From Balanoglossus misakiensis (lineage: Eukaryota > Animalia > Hemichordata), in the NCBI GenBank assembly GCA_040954595.2, contig CM082585.2, positions 3,502,902 to 3,566,901 on the forward strand: 64,000 nucleotides of DNA, given 5' to 3'. Below are positions 38,390 to 52,500 of the stretch, in pieces. A model generated the notes under the pieces. It searched no databases, was not told the origin of the DNA, and saw nothing but the letters and a program-made list of their open reading frames with translations. The translations under genes were made by a program, and so were the position numbers. How positions within the stretch are numbered: the first letter of the stretch is position 1; each line of letters opens with the position of its first letter.

Positions 38390-41300
38390 GCGAGACCTCG
38401 CACAAATCACGCCGAGTTAGAAAGGGAACTCGTGGTGTCGTTCATTAAACAGGCGTGATATATAACGCATAGGGATAGGAGAAGGGCGGGCGGAAAGCGG
38501 TCGTGGGTCTGAGCTTCTCCGGCGAGACCTCGCACAAATCCCCGCCGAGTTAGAAAGGGAACTCGCGGTGTCGTTCATTAAGCAGGCGTGGTATATAACG
38601 CATAGGGATAGGAGAAGGGCGGGCGGAAAGCGGTCGTGTGTCTGAGCTACCCCGGCGAGACCTCGCACAAATCCCCGCCGAGTTAGAAAGGGAACTCGCG
38701 GTGTCGTTCATCAAGCAGGCGTGGTATATAACGCATAGGGATAGGAGAAGGGCGGGCGGAAAGCGGTCGTGTGTCTGAGCTTCTCCGGCGAGACCTCGCA
38801 CAAATCCCCGACGAGTTAGAAAGGGAACTCGTGGTGTCGTTCATTAAACAGGCGTGGTATATAACGCATAGCCTATAGGGATAGGAGAAGGGCGGGCGGA
38901 AAGCGGTCGTGTGTCTGAGCTTCCCCGGCGAGACCTCGCACAAATCCCCGACGAGTTAGAAAGGGAACTCGCTGTGTCGTTCATTAAGCAGGCGTGGTAT
39001 ATAACGCATAGGGATAGGAGAATGGCGGAAAGCGGTCGTGTGTCTGAGCTTCCCCGGCGAGACCTCGCACAAATCCCCGACAAGTTAGAAAGGGAACTCG
39101 TGGTGTCGTTCATTAAACAGGCGTGGTATATAACGCTTAGGGATAGGAGAAGGGCGGGCGGAAAGCGGTCGTGTGTCTGAGCTTCTCCGGCGAGACCTCG
39201 CACAAATCACGCCGAGTTAGAAAGGGAACTCGTGGTGTCTTTCATTAAACAGGCGTGGTATATAACGCATAGGGATAGGAGAAGGGCGGGCGGAAAGCGG
39301 TCGTGTGTCTGAGCTTCTCCGGCGAGACCTCGCACAAATCCCCGCCGAGTTAGAAAGGGAACTCGCGGTGTCGTTCATTAAGCAGGCGTGGTATATAACG
39401 CATAGGGATAGGAGAAGGGCGGGCGGAAAGCGGTCGTGTGTCTGAGCTACCCCGGCGAGACCTCGCACAAATCCCCGCCGAGTTAGAAAGGGAACTCGCG
39501 GTGTCGTTCATCAAGCAGGCGTGGTATATAACGCATAGGGATCGGAGAAGGGCGGGCGGAAAGCGGTCGTGTGTCTGAGCTTCTCCGGCGAGACCTCGCA
39601 CAAATCCCCGACGAGTTAGAAAGGGAACTCGTGGTGTCGTTCATTAAACAGGCGTGGTATATAACGCATAGGGATAGGAGAAGGGCGGGCGGAAAGCGGT
39701 CGTGTGTCTGAGCTTCCCCGGCGAGACCTCGCACAAATTCCCGACGAGTTAGAAAGGGAACTCGAGGTGTCGTTCATTAAGCAGGCGTGGTATATAACGC
39801 ATATGGATAGGAGAATGGCGGAAAGCGGTCGTGTGTCTGAGCTTCCCCGGCGAGACCTCGCACAAATCCCCGACAAGTTAGAAAGGGAACTCGCAGTGTC
39901 GTTCATTAAGCAGGCGTGGAATATAACGCATAGGGATAGGAGAAGGGCGGCGGAAACGGTCGTGTGTCTGAGCTTCTCCGGCGAGACCTCGCACAAATCC
40001 CCGCCGAGTTAGAAAGGGAACTCGCGGTGTCGTTCATTAATCAGGCGTGGTATATAACGCATAGGGATAGGAGAAGGGCGGGCGGAAAGCGGTCGTGTGT
40101 CTGAGCTACCCCGGCGAGACCTCGCACAAATCACGCCGAGTTAGAAAGGGAACTCGTGGTGTCGTTCATTAAACAGGCGTGATATATAACGCATAGGGAT
40201 AGGAGAAGGGCGGGCGGAAAGCGGTCGTGGGTCTGAGCTTCTCCGGCGAGACCTCGCACAAATCCCCGCCGAGTTAGAAAGGGAACTCGCGGTGTCGTTC
40301 ATTAAGCAGGCGTGGTATATAACGCATAGGGATAGGAGAAGGGCGGGCGGAAAGCGGTCGTGTGTCTGAGCTACCCCGGCGAGACCTCGCACAAATCCCC
40401 GCCGAGTTAGAAAGGGAACTCGCGGTGTCGTTCATCAAGCAGGCGTGGTATATAACGCATAGGGATAGGAGAAGGGCGGGCGGAAAGCGGTCGTGTGTCT
40501 GAGCTTCTCCGGCGAGACCTCGCACAAATCCCCGACGAGTTAGAAAGGGAACTCGTGGTGTCGTTCATTAAACAGGCGTGGTATATAACGCATAGCCTAT
40601 AGGGATAGGAGAAGGGCGGGCGGAAAGCGGTCGTGTGTCTGAGCTTCCCCGGCGAGACCTCGCACAAATCCCCGACGAGTTAGAAAGGGAACTCGCTGTG
40701 TCGTTCATTAAGCAGGCGTGGTATATAACGCATAGGGATAGGAGAATGGCGGAAAGCGGTCGTGTGTCTGAGCTTCCCCGGCGAGACCTCGCACAAATCC
40801 CCGACAAGTTAGAAAGGGAACTCGTGGTGTCGTTCATTAAACAGGCGTGGTATATAACGCTTAGGGATAGGAGAAGGGCGGGCGGAAAGCGGTCGTGTGT
40901 CTGAGCTTCTCCGGCGAGACCTCGCACAAATCACGCCGAGTTAGAAAGGGAACTCGTGGTGTCTTTCATTAAACAGGCGTGGTATATAACGCATAGGGAT
41001 AGGAGAAGGGCGGGCGGAAAGCGGTCGTGTGTCTGAGCTTCTCCGGCGAGACCTCGCACAAATCCCCGCCGAGTTAGAAAGGGAACTCGCGGTGTCGTTC
41101 ATTAAGCAGGCGTGGTATATAACGCATAGGGATAGGAGAAGGGCGGGCGGAAAGCGGTCGTGTGTCTGAGCTACCCCGGCGAGACCTCGCACAAATCCCC
41201 GCCGAGTTAGAAAGGGAACTCGCGGTGTCGTTCATCAAGCAGGCGTGGTATATAACGCATAGGGATCGGAGAAGGGCGGGCGGAAAGCGGTCGTGTGTCT

Positions 41301-44300
41301 GAGCTTCTCCGGCGAGACCTCGCACAAATCCCCGACGAGTTAGAAAGGGAACTCGTGGTGTCGTTCATTAAACAGGCGTGGTATATAACGCATAGGGATA
41401 GGAGAAGGGCGGGCGGAAAGCGGTCGTGTGTCTGAGCTTCCCCGGCGAGACCTCGCACAAATTCCCGACGAGTTAGAAAGGGAACTCGAGGTGTCGTTCA
41501 TTAAGCAGGCGTGGTATATAACGCATATGGATAGGAGAATGGCGGAAAGCGGTCGTGTGTCTGAGCTTCCCCGGCGAGACCTCGCACAAATCCCCGACAA
41601 GTTAGAAAGGGAACTCGCAGTGTCGTTCATTAAGCAGGCGTGGAATATAACGCATAGGGATAGGAGAAGGGCGGCGGAAACGGTCGTGTGTCTGAGCTTC
41701 TCCGGCGAGACCTCGCACAAATCCCCGCCGAGTTAGAAAGGGAACTCGCGGTGTCGTTCATTAATCAGGCGTGGTATATAACGCATAGGGATAGGAGAAG
41801 GGCGGGCGGAAAGCGGTCGTGTGTCTGAGCTACCCCGGCGAGACCTCGCACAAATCACGCCGAGTTAGAAAGGGAACTCGTGGTGTCGTTCATTAAACAG
41901 GCGTGATATATAACGCATAGGGATAGGAGAAGGGCGGGCGGAAAGCGGTCGTGGGTCTGAGCTTCTCCGGCGAGACCTCGCACAAATCCCCGCCGAGTTA
42001 GAAAGGGAACTCGCGGTGTCGTTCATTAAGCAGGCGTGGTATATAACGCATAGGGATAGGAGAAGGGCGGGCGGAAAGCGGTCGTGTGTCTGAGCTACCC
42101 CGGCGAGACCTCGCACAAATCCCCGCCGAGTTAGAAAGGGAACTCGCGGTGTCGTTCATCAAGCAGGCGTGGTATATAACGCATAGGGATAGGAGAAGGG
42201 CGGGCGGAAAGCGGTCGTGTGTCTGAGCTTCTCCGGCGAGACCTCGCACAAATCCCCGACGAGTTAGAAAGGGAACTCGTGGTGTCGTTCATTAAACAGG
42301 CGTGGTATATAACGCATAGCCTATAGGGATAGGAGAAGGGCGGGCGGAAAGCGGTCGTGTGTCTGAGCTTCCCCGGCGAGACCTCGCACAAATCCCCGAC
42401 GAGTTAGAAAGGGAACTCGCTGTGTCGTTCATTAAGCAGGCGTGGTATATAACGCATAGGGATAGGAGAATGGCGGAAAGCGGTCGTGTGTCTGAGCTTC
42501 CCCGGCGAGACCTCGCACAAATCCCCGACAAGTTAGAAAGGGAACTCGTGGTGTCGTTCATTAAACAGGCGTGGTATATAACGCTTAGGGATAGGAGAAG
42601 GGCGGGCGGAAAGCGGTCGTGTGTCTGAGCTTCTCCGGCGAGACCTCGCACAAATCACGCCGAGTTAGAAAGGGAACTCGTGGTGTCTTTCATTAAACAG
42701 GCGTGGTATATAACGCATAGGGATAGGAGAAGGGCGGGCGGAAAGCGGTCGTGTGTCTGAGCTTCTCCGGCGAGACCTCGCACAAATCCCCGCCGAGTTA
42801 GAAAGGGAACTCGCGGTGTCGTTCATTAAGCAGGCGTGGTATATAACGCATAGGGATAGGAGAAGGGCGGGCGGAAAGCGGTCGTGTGTCTGAGCTACCC
42901 CGGCGAGACCTCGCACAAATCCCCGCCGAGTTAGAAAGGGAACTCGCGGTGTCGTTCATCAAGCAGGCGTGGTATATAACGCATAGGGATCGGAGAAGGG
43001 CGGGCGGAAAGCGGTCGTGTGTCTGAGCTTCTCCGGCGAGACCTCGCACAAATCCCCGACGAGTTAGAAAGGGAACTCGTGGTGTCGTTCATTAAACAGG
43101 CGTGGTATATAACGCATAGGGATAGGAGAAGGGCGGGCGGAAAGCGGTCGTGTGTCTGAGCTTCCCCGGCGAGACCTCGCACAAATTCCCGACGAGTTAG
43201 AAAGGGAACTCGAGGTGTCGTTCATTAAGCAGGCGTGGTATATAACGCATATGGATAGGAGAATGGCGGAAAGCGGTCGTGTGTCTGAGCTTCCCCGGCG
43301 AGACCTCGCACAAATCCCCGACAAGTTAGAAAGGGAACTCGCAGTGTCGTTCATTAAGCAGGCGTGGAATATAACGCATAGGGATAGGAGAAGGGCGGCG
43401 GAAACGGTCGTGTGTCTGAGCTTCTCCGGCGAGACCTCGCACAAATCCCCGCCGAGTTAGAAAGGGAACTCGCGGTGTCGTTCATTAAGCAGGCGTGGTA
43501 TATAACGCATAGGGATAGGAGAAGGGCGGGCGGAAAGCGGTCGTGTGTCTGAGCTAACCCGGCGAGACCTCGCACAAATCCCCGCCGAGTTAGAAAGGGA
43601 ACTCGCGGTGTCGTTCATCAAGCAGGCGTGGTATATAACGCATAGGGATAGGAGAAGGGCGGGCGGAAAGCGGTCGTGTGTCTGAGCTTCTCCGGCGAGA
43701 CCTCGCACAAATCCCCGACGAGTTAGAAAGGGAACTCGTGGTGTCGTTCATTAAACAGGCGTGGTATATAACGCATAGCCTATAGGGATAGGAGAAGGGC
43801 GGGCGGAAAGCGGTCGTGTGTCTGAGCTTCCCCGGCGAGACCTCGCACAAATCCCCGACGAGTTAGAAAGGGAACTCGCTGTGTCGTTCATTAAGCAGGC
43901 GTGGTATATAACGCATAGGGATAGGAGAATGGCGGAAAGCGGTCGTGTGTCTGAGCTTCCCCGGCGAGACCTCGCACAAATCCCCGACAAGTTAGAAAGG
44001 GAACTCGTGGTGTCGTTCATTAAACAGGCGTGGTATATAACGCTTAGGGATAGGAGAAGGGCGGGCGGAAAGCGGTCGTGTGTCTGAGCTTCTCCGGCGA
44101 GACCTCGCACAAATCACGCCGAGTTAGAAAGGGAACTCGTGGTGTCTTTCATTAAACAGGCGTGGTATATAACGCATAGGGATAGGAGAAGGGCGGGCGG
44201 AAAGCGGTCGTGTGTCTGAGCTTCTCCGGCGAGACCTCGCACAAATCCCCGCCGAGTTAGAAAGGGAACTCGCGGTGTCGTTCATTAAGCAGGCGTGGTA

Positions 44301-44980
44301 TATAACGCATAGGGATAGGAGAAGGGCGGGCGGAAAGCGGTCGTGTGTCTGAGCTACCCCGGCGAGACCTCGCACAAATCCCCGCCGAGTTAGAAAGGGA
44401 ACTCGCGGTGTCGTTCATCAAGCAGGCGTGGTATATAACGCATAGGGATCGGAGAAGGGCGGGCGGAAAGCGGTCGTGTGTCTGAGCTTCTCCGGCGAGA
44501 CCTCGCACAAATCCCCGACGAGTTAGAAAGGGAACTCGTGGTGTCGTTCATTAAACAGGCGTGGTATATAACGCATAGGGATAGGAGAAGGGCGGGCGGA
44601 AAGCGGTCGTGTGTCTGAGCTTCCCCGGCGAGACCTCGCACAAATTCCCGACGAGTTAGAAAGGGAACTCGAGGTGTCGTTCATTAAGCAGGCGTGGTAT
44701 ATAACGCATATGGATAGGAGAATGGCGGAAAGCGGTCGTGTGTCTGAGCTTCCCCGGCGAGACCTCGCACAAATCCCCGACAAGTTAGAAAGGGAACTCG
44801 CAGTGTCGTTCATTAAGCAGGCGTGGAATATAACGCATAGGGATAGGAGAAGGGCGGCGGAAACGGTCGTGTGTCTGAGCTTCTCCGGCGAGACCTCGCA
44901 CAAATCCCCGCCGAGTTAGAAAGGGAACTCGCGGTGTCGTTCATTAATCAGGCGTGGTATATAACGCATAGGGATAGGAG
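38390..44980. repeat. 13-monomer higher-order repeat (1724 bp): about 4 copies, with two monomers missing between copies 3 and 4
   Basis: The 7-bp insertion gcctata occurs at 38871, 40595, 42319 and 43778 (spacing 1724, 1724, 1459). gatcgg and gggcggcggaaac variants co-recur. Confidence 0.92.
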
Positions 44981-47900
44981 AAGGGCGGGCGGAAAGCGGT
45001 CGTGTGTCTGAGCTTCTCCGGCGAGACCTCGCACAAATCCCCGGCGAGTTAGAAAGGGAACTCGCAGTGTCGTTCATTAAGCAGGCGTGGTATATAACGC
45101 ATAGGGATAGGAGAAGGGCGGGCGGAAAGCCGTCGTGTGTCTGAGCTTCTCCGGCGAGACCTCGCACAAATCCCCGCCGAGTTAGAAAGGGAACTCGCGG
45201 TGTCGTTCATTAAGCAGGCGTGGTATATAACGCATAGGGATAGGAGAAGGGCGGGCGGAAAGCGGTCGTGTGTCTGAGCTTCTCCGGCGAGACCTCGCAC
45301 AAATCCCCGGCGAGTTAGAAAGGGAACTCGCGGTGTCGTTCATTAAGCAGGCGTGGTATATAACGCATAGGGATAGGAGAAGGGCGGGCGGAAAGCGGTC
45401 GTGTGTCTGAGCTACCCCGGCGAGACCTCACACAAATCCCCGCCGAGTTAGAAAGGGAACTCGCGGTGTCGTTCATCAAGCAGGCGTGGTATATAACGCA
45501 TAGGGATAGGAGAAGGGCGGGCGGAAAGCGGTCGTGTGTCTGAGCTTCTCCGGCGAGACCTCGCACAAATCCCCGACGAGTTAGAAAGGGAACTCGTGGT
45601 GTCGTTCATTAAACAGGCGTGGTATATAACGCATAGGGATAGGAGAAGGGCGGGCTGAAAGCGGTCGTGTGTCTGAGCTTCCCCGGCGAGACCTCGCACA
45701 AATTCCCGACGAGTTAGAAAGGGAACTCGAGGTGTCGTTCATTAAGCAGGCGTGGAATATAACGCATAGGGATAGGAGAAGGGCGGGCGGAAACGGTCGT
45801 GTGTCTGAGCTTCTCCGGCGAGACCTCGCACAAATCCCCGCCGAGTTAGAAAGGGAACTCGCGGTGTCGTTCATTAATCAGGCGTGGTATATAACGCATA
45901 GGGATAGGAGTAGGGCGGGCGGAAAGCGGTCGTGTGTCTGAGCTTCTCCGGCGAGACCTCGCACAAATCCCCGGCGAGTTAGAAAGGGAACTCGCAGTGT
46001 CGTTCATTAAGCAGGCGTGGTATATAACGCATAGGGATAGGAGAAGGGCGGGCGGAAAGCCGTCGTGTGTCTGAGCTTCTCCGGCGAGACCTCGCACAAA
46101 TCCCCGCCGAGTTAGAAAGGGAACTCGCGGTGTCGTTCATTAAGCAGGCGTGGTATATAACGCATAGGGATAGGAGAAGGGCGGGCGGAAAGCGGTCGTG
46201 TGTCTGAGCTTCTCCGGCGAGACCTCGCACAAATCCCCGGCGAGTTAGAAAGGGAACTCGCAGTGTCGTTCATTAAGCAGGCGTGGTATATAACGCATAG
46301 GGATAGGAGAAGGGCGGGCGGAAAGCGGTCGTGTGTCTGAGCTTCTCCGGCGAGACCTCGCACAAATCCCCGCCGAGTTAGTTAGAAAGGGAACTCGTGG
46401 TGTCGTTCATTAAACAGGCGTGGTATATAACGCATAGGGATAGGAGAAGGGCGGGCGGAAAGCGGTCGTGTGTCTGAGCTTCTCCGGCGAGACCTCGCAC
46501 AAATCCCCGACGAGTTAGAAAGGGAACTCGTGGTGTCGTTCATTAAACAGGCGTGGTATATAACGCATAGGGATAGGAGAAGGGCGGGCGGAAAGCGGTC
46601 GTGTGTCTGAGCTACCCCGGCGAGACCTCGCACAAATCACGCCGAGTTAGAAAGGGAACTCGTGGTGTCGTTCATTAAACAGGCGTGGTATATAACGCAT
46701 AGGGATAGGAGAAGGGCGGGCGGAAAGCGGTCGTGTGTCTGAGCTTCTCCGGCGAGACCTCGCACAAATCCCCGCCGAGTTAGAAAGGGAACTCGCGGTG
46801 TCGTTCATTAAGCGGGCGTGGTATATAACGCATAGGGATAGGAGAAGGACGGGCGGAAACCGGTCGTGTGTCTGAGCTACCCCGGCGAGAACTCGCACAA
46901 ATCCCCGCCGAGTTAGAAAGGGAACTCGCGGTGTCGTTCATTAAGCAGGCGTGGTATATAACGCATAGGGATAGGAGAAGTGCGGGCGGAAAGCGGTCGT
47001 GTGTCTGAGCTACCCCGGCGAGACCTCGCACAAATCCCCGCCGAGTTAGAAAGGGAACTCGTGGTGTCGTTCATTAAACAGGCGTGGTATATAACGCATA
47101 GGGATAGGAGAAGGGCGGGCGGAAAGCGGTCGTGTGTCTGAGCTTCTCCGGCGAGACCTCGCACAAATCCCCGACGAGTTAGAAAGGGAACTCGTGGTGT
47201 CGTTCATTAAACAGGCGTGGTATATAACGCATAGGGATAGGAGAAGGGCGGGCGGAAAGCGGTCGTGTGTCTGAGCTTCCCCGGCGAGACCTCTCACAAA
47301 TCCCCGACGAGTTAGAAAGGGAACTCGAGGTGTCGTTCATTAAGCAGGCGTGGTATATAACGCATATGGATAGGAGAATGGCGGAAAGCGGTCGTGTGTC
47401 TGAGCTTCCCCGGCGAGACCTCGCACAAATCCCCGACAAGTTAGAAAGGGAACTCGCAGTGTCGTTCATTAAGCAGGCGTGGAATATAACGCATAGGGAT
47501 AGGAGAAGGGCGGGCGGAAACGGTCGTGTGTCTGAGCTTCTCCGGCGAGACCTCGCACAAATCCCCGCCGAGTTAGAAAGGGAACTCGCAGTGTCGTTCT
47601 TTAAGCAGGCGTGGTATATAACGCATAGGGATAGGAGAAGGGCGGGCGGAAAGCCGTCGTGTGTCTGAGCTTCTCCGGCGAGACCTCGCACAAATCCCCG
47701 CCGAGTTAGAAAGGGAACTCGCGGTGTCGTTCATTAAGCAGGCGTGGTATATAACGCATAGGGATAGGAGAAGGGCGGGCGGAAAGCGGTCGTGTGTCTG
47801 AGCTACCCCGGCGAGACCTCGCACAAATCCCCGCCGAGTTAGAAAGGGAACTCGCGGTGTCGTTCATCAAGCAGGCGTGGTATATAACGCATAGGGATAG

Positions 47901-49599
47901 GAGAAGGGCGGGCGGAAAGCGGTTGTGTGTCTGAGCTTCTCCGGCGAGACCTCGCACAAATCCCAGACGAGTTAGAAAGGGAACTCGTGGTGTCGTTCAT
48001 TAAGCAGGCGTGGTATATAACGCATAGGGATAGGAGAAGGGCGGGCGGAAAGCGGTCGTGTGTCTGAGCTACCCCGGCGAGACTTCGCACAAATCCCCGC
48101 CGAGTTAGAAAGGGAACTCGCGGTGTCGTTCATCAAGCAGGCGTGGTATATAACGCATAGGGATAGGAGAAGGGCGGGCGGAAAGCGGTCGTGTGTCTGA
48201 GCTTCTCCGGCGAGACCTCGCACAAATCCCCGACGAGTTAGAAAGGGAACTCGTGGTGTCGTTCATTAAACAGGCGTGGTATATAACGCATAGGGATAGG
48301 AGAAGGGCGGGCGGAAAGCGGTCGTGTGTCTGAGCTTCCCCGGCGAGACCTCGCACAAATCCCCGACGAGTTAGAAAAGGGAACTCGCTGTGTCGTTCAT
48401 TAAGCAGGCGTGGTATATAACGCATAGGGATAGGAGAATGGCGGAAAGCGGTCGTGTGTCTGAGCTTCCCCGGCGAGACCTCGCACAAATCCCCGACAAG
48501 TTAGAAAGGGAACTCGTGGTGTCGTTCATTAAGCAGGCGTGGTATATAACGCATAGGGATAGGAGAAGGGCGGGCGGAAAGCGGTCGTGTGTCTGAGCTA
48601 CCCCGGCGAGACCTCGCACAAATCCCCGCCGAGTTAGAAAGTGAACTCGCGGTGTCGTTCATCAAGCAGGCGTGGTATATAACGCATAGGGATAGGAGAA
48701 GGGCGGGCGGAAAGCGGTTGTGTGTCTGAGCTTCTCCGGCGAGACCTCGCACAAATCCCAGACGAGTTAGAAAGGGAACTCGTGGTGTCGTTCATTAAGC
48801 AGGCGTGGTATATAACGCATAGGGATAGGAGAAGGGCGGGCGGAAAGCGGTCGTGTGTCTGAGCTACCCCGGCGAGACTTCGCACAAATCCCCGCCGAGT
48901 TAGAAAGGGAACTCGCGGTGTCGTTCATCAAGCAGGCGTGGTATATAACGCATAGGGATAGGAGAAGGGCGGGCGGAAAGCGGTCGTGTGTCTGAGCTTC
49001 TCCGGCGAGACCTCGCACAAATCCCCGACGAGTTAGAAAGGGAACTCGTGGTGTCGTTCATTAAACAGGCGTGGTATATAACGCATGGGGATAGGAGAAG
49101 GGCGGGCGGAAAGCGGTCGTGTGTCTGAGCTTCCCCGGCGAGACCTCGCACAAATCCCCGACGAGTTAGAAAAGGGAACTCGCTGTGTCGTTCATTAAGC
49201 AGGCGTGGTATATAACGCATAGGGATAGGAGAATGGCGGAAAGCGGTCGTGTGTCTGAGCTTCCCCGGCGAGACCTCGCACAAATCCCCGACAAGTTAGA
49301 AAGGGAACTCGTGGTGTCGTTCATTAAACAGGCGTGGTATATAACGCATAGGGATAGGAGAAGGGCGGGCGGAAAGCGGTCGTGTGTCTGAGCTACCCCG
49401 GCGAGACCTCGCACAAATCACGCCGAGTTAGAAAGGGAACTCGTGGTGTCTTTCATTAAACAGGCGTGGTATATAACGCATAGGGATAGGAGAAGGGCGG
49501 GCGGAAAGCGGTCGTGTGTCTGAGCTTCTCCGGCGAGACCTCGCACAAATCCCCGCCGAGTTAGAAAGGGAACTCGCGGTGTCGTTCATTAAGCAGGCG

Positions 49600-52500
49600 T
49601 GGTATATAACGCATAGGGATAGGAGAAGGGCGGGCGGAAAGCGGTCGTGTGTCTGAGCTTCTCCGGCGAGACCTCGCACAAATCCCCGACGAGTTAGAAA
49701 GGGAACTCGTGGTGTCGTTCATTAAACAGGCGTGGTATATAACGCATAGGGATAGGAGAAGGGCGGGCGGAAAGCGGTCGTGTGTCTGAGCTTCCCCGGC
49801 GAGACCTCGCACAAATCCCCGACGAGTTAGAAAGGGAACTCGAGGTGTCGTTCATTAAGCAGGCGTGGTATATAACGCATATGGATAGGAGAATGGTGGA
49901 AAGCGGTCGTGTGTCTGAGCTTCCCCGGCGAGACCTCGCACAAATCCCCGACAAGTTAGAAAGGGAACTCGCAGTGTCGTTCATTAAGCAGGCGTGGAAT
50001 ATAACGCATAGGGATAGGAGAAGGGCGGGCGGAAACGGTCGTGTGTCTGAGCTTCACCGGCGAGACCTCGCACAAATCCCCGCCGAGTTAGAAAGGGAAC
50101 TCGCGGTGTCGTTCATTAATCAGGCGTGGTATATAACGCATAGGGATAGGAGAAGGGCGGGCGGAAAGCGGTCGTGTGTCTGAGCTTCTCCGGCGAGACC
50201 TCGCACAAATCCCCGGCGAGTTAGAAAGGGAACTCGCAGTGTCGTTCATTAAGCAGGCGTGGTATATAACGCATAGGGATAGGAGAAGGGCGGGCGGAAA
50301 GCGGTCGTGTGTCTGAGCTTCTCCGGCGAGACCTCGCACAATTCCCCGACGAGATAGAAAGGGAACTCGCGGTGTCGTTCATTAAGCAGGCGTGGTATAT
50401 AACGCATAGGGATAGGAGAAGGGCGGGCGGAAAGCCGTCGTGTGTCTGAGCTTCTCCGGCGAGACCTCGCACAAATCCCCGCCGAGTTATAAAGGGAACT
50501 CGCGGTGTCGTTCATTAAGCAGGCGTGGTATATAACGCATAGGGATAGGAGAAGGGCGGGCGGAAAGCGGTCGTGTGTCTGAGCTTCTCCGGCGAGACCT
50601 CGCACAAATCCCCGACGAGTTAGAAAGGGAACTCTTGGTGTCGTTCATTAAACAGGCGTGGTATATAACGCATAGGGATAGGAGAAGGGCGGGCGGAAAG
50701 CGGTCGTGTGTCTGAGCTTCTCCGGCGAGACCTCGCACAAATCCCCGACGAGTTAGAAAGGGAACTCGTGGTGTCGTTCATTAAACAGGCGTGGTATATA
50801 ACGCATAGGGATAGGAGAAGGGCGGGCGGAAAGCGGTCGTGTGTCTGAGCTTCTCCGGCGAGACCTCGCACAAATCCCCGACGAATTAGAAAGGGAACTC
50901 GTGGTGTCGTTCATTAAACAGGCGTGGTATATAACGCATAGGGATAGGAGAAGGGCGGGCGGAAAGCGGTCGTGTGTCTGAGCTACCCCGGCGAGACCTC
51001 GCACAAATCCCCGCCATGTTAGAAAGGGAACTCGCGGTGTCGTTCATCAAGCAGGCGTGGTATATAACGCATAGGGATAGGAGAAGGGCGGGCGGAAAGC
51101 GGTCGTGTGTCTGAGCTTCTCCGGCGAGACCTCGCACAAATCCCCGACGAGTTAGAAAGGGAACTCGTGGTGTCGTTCATTAAACAGGCGTGGTATATAA
51201 CGCATAGGGATAGGAGAAGGGCGGGCGGAAAGCGGTCGTGTGTCTGAGCTTCCCCGGCGAGACCTCGCACAAATCCCCGACGAGTTAGAAAGGGAACTCG
51301 CTGTGTCGTTCATTAAGCAGGCGTGGTATATAACGCATAGGGATAGGAGAATGGCGGAAAGCGGTCGTGTGTCTGAGCTTCCCCGGCGAGACCTCGCACA
51401 AATCCCCGACAAGTTAGAAAGGGAACTCGTGGTGTCGTTCATTAAACAGGCGTGGTATATAACGCTTAGGGATAGGAGAAGGGCGGGCGGAAAGCGGTCG
51501 TGTGTCTGAGCTTCTCCGGCGAGACCTCGCACAAATCCCCGACGAGTTAGAAAGGGAACTCGTGGTGTCGTTCATTAAACAGGCGTGGTATATAACGCAT
51601 AGGGATGGATAGGAGAAGGGCGGGCGGAAAGCGGTCGTGTGTCTGAGCTTCTCCGGCGAGACCTCGCACAAATCCCCGCCGAGTTAGAAAGGGAACTCGC
51701 GGTGTCGTTCATTAAGCAGGCGTGGTTTATAACGCATAGGGATAGGAGAAGGGCGGGCGGAAAGCGGTCGTGTGTCTGAGCTTCCCCGGCGAGACCTCGC
51801 ACAAATCACCGCCGAGTTAGAAAGGGAACTCGAGGTGTCGTTCATTAAGCAGGCGTGGTATATAACGCATAGGGATAGGAGAATGGCTGGCGGAAAGCGG
51901 TCGTGTGTCTGAGCTTCCCCGGCGAGACCTCGCACAAATCCCCGACGAGTTAGAAAGGGAACTCGCAGTGTCGTTCATTAAGCAGGCGTGGTATATAACG
52001 CATAGGGATAGGAGAAGGGCGGGCGGAAAGCGGTCGTGTGTCTGAGCTTCCCCGGCGAGACCTCGCACAAATCCCCGACGAGTTAGAAAGGGAACTCGCA
52101 GTGTCGTTCATTAAGAAGGCGTGGTATATAACGCATAGGGATATGAGAAGGGCGGGCGGAAAGCTGTCGTGTGTCTGAGCTTCTCCGGCGAGACCTCGCA
52201 CAAATCCCCGACGAGTTAGAAAGAGAACTCGCAGTGTCGTTCATTAAGCAGGCGTGGTATATAACGCATAGGGATAGGAGAAGGGCGGGCGAAAAGCGGT
52301 CGTGTGTCTGAGCTTCTCCGGCGAGACCTCGCACAAATCCCCGCCGAGTTAGAAAGGGAACTCGCGGTGTCGTTCATTAAGCAGGCATGGTATTTAACGC
52401 ATAGGGATATGAGAAGAGCGGGCGGAAAGCGGTCGTGTGTCTGAGCTTCCCCGGCGAGACCACGCACAAATCCCCGCCGAGTTAGAAAGGGAACTCTCAG

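Noticed and set aside
37650-38403. ORFs across the island (66, 204, 92 and 72 aa)
   Set aside because: They run through degenerate repeat, leader and satellite sequence with no recognisable domain, and are consistent with chance.
46377-46384. gtta duplication (also ggat near 51605) as a transposon footprint
   Set aside because: Simple 4-bp slippage duplications explain them, and there is no associated element.
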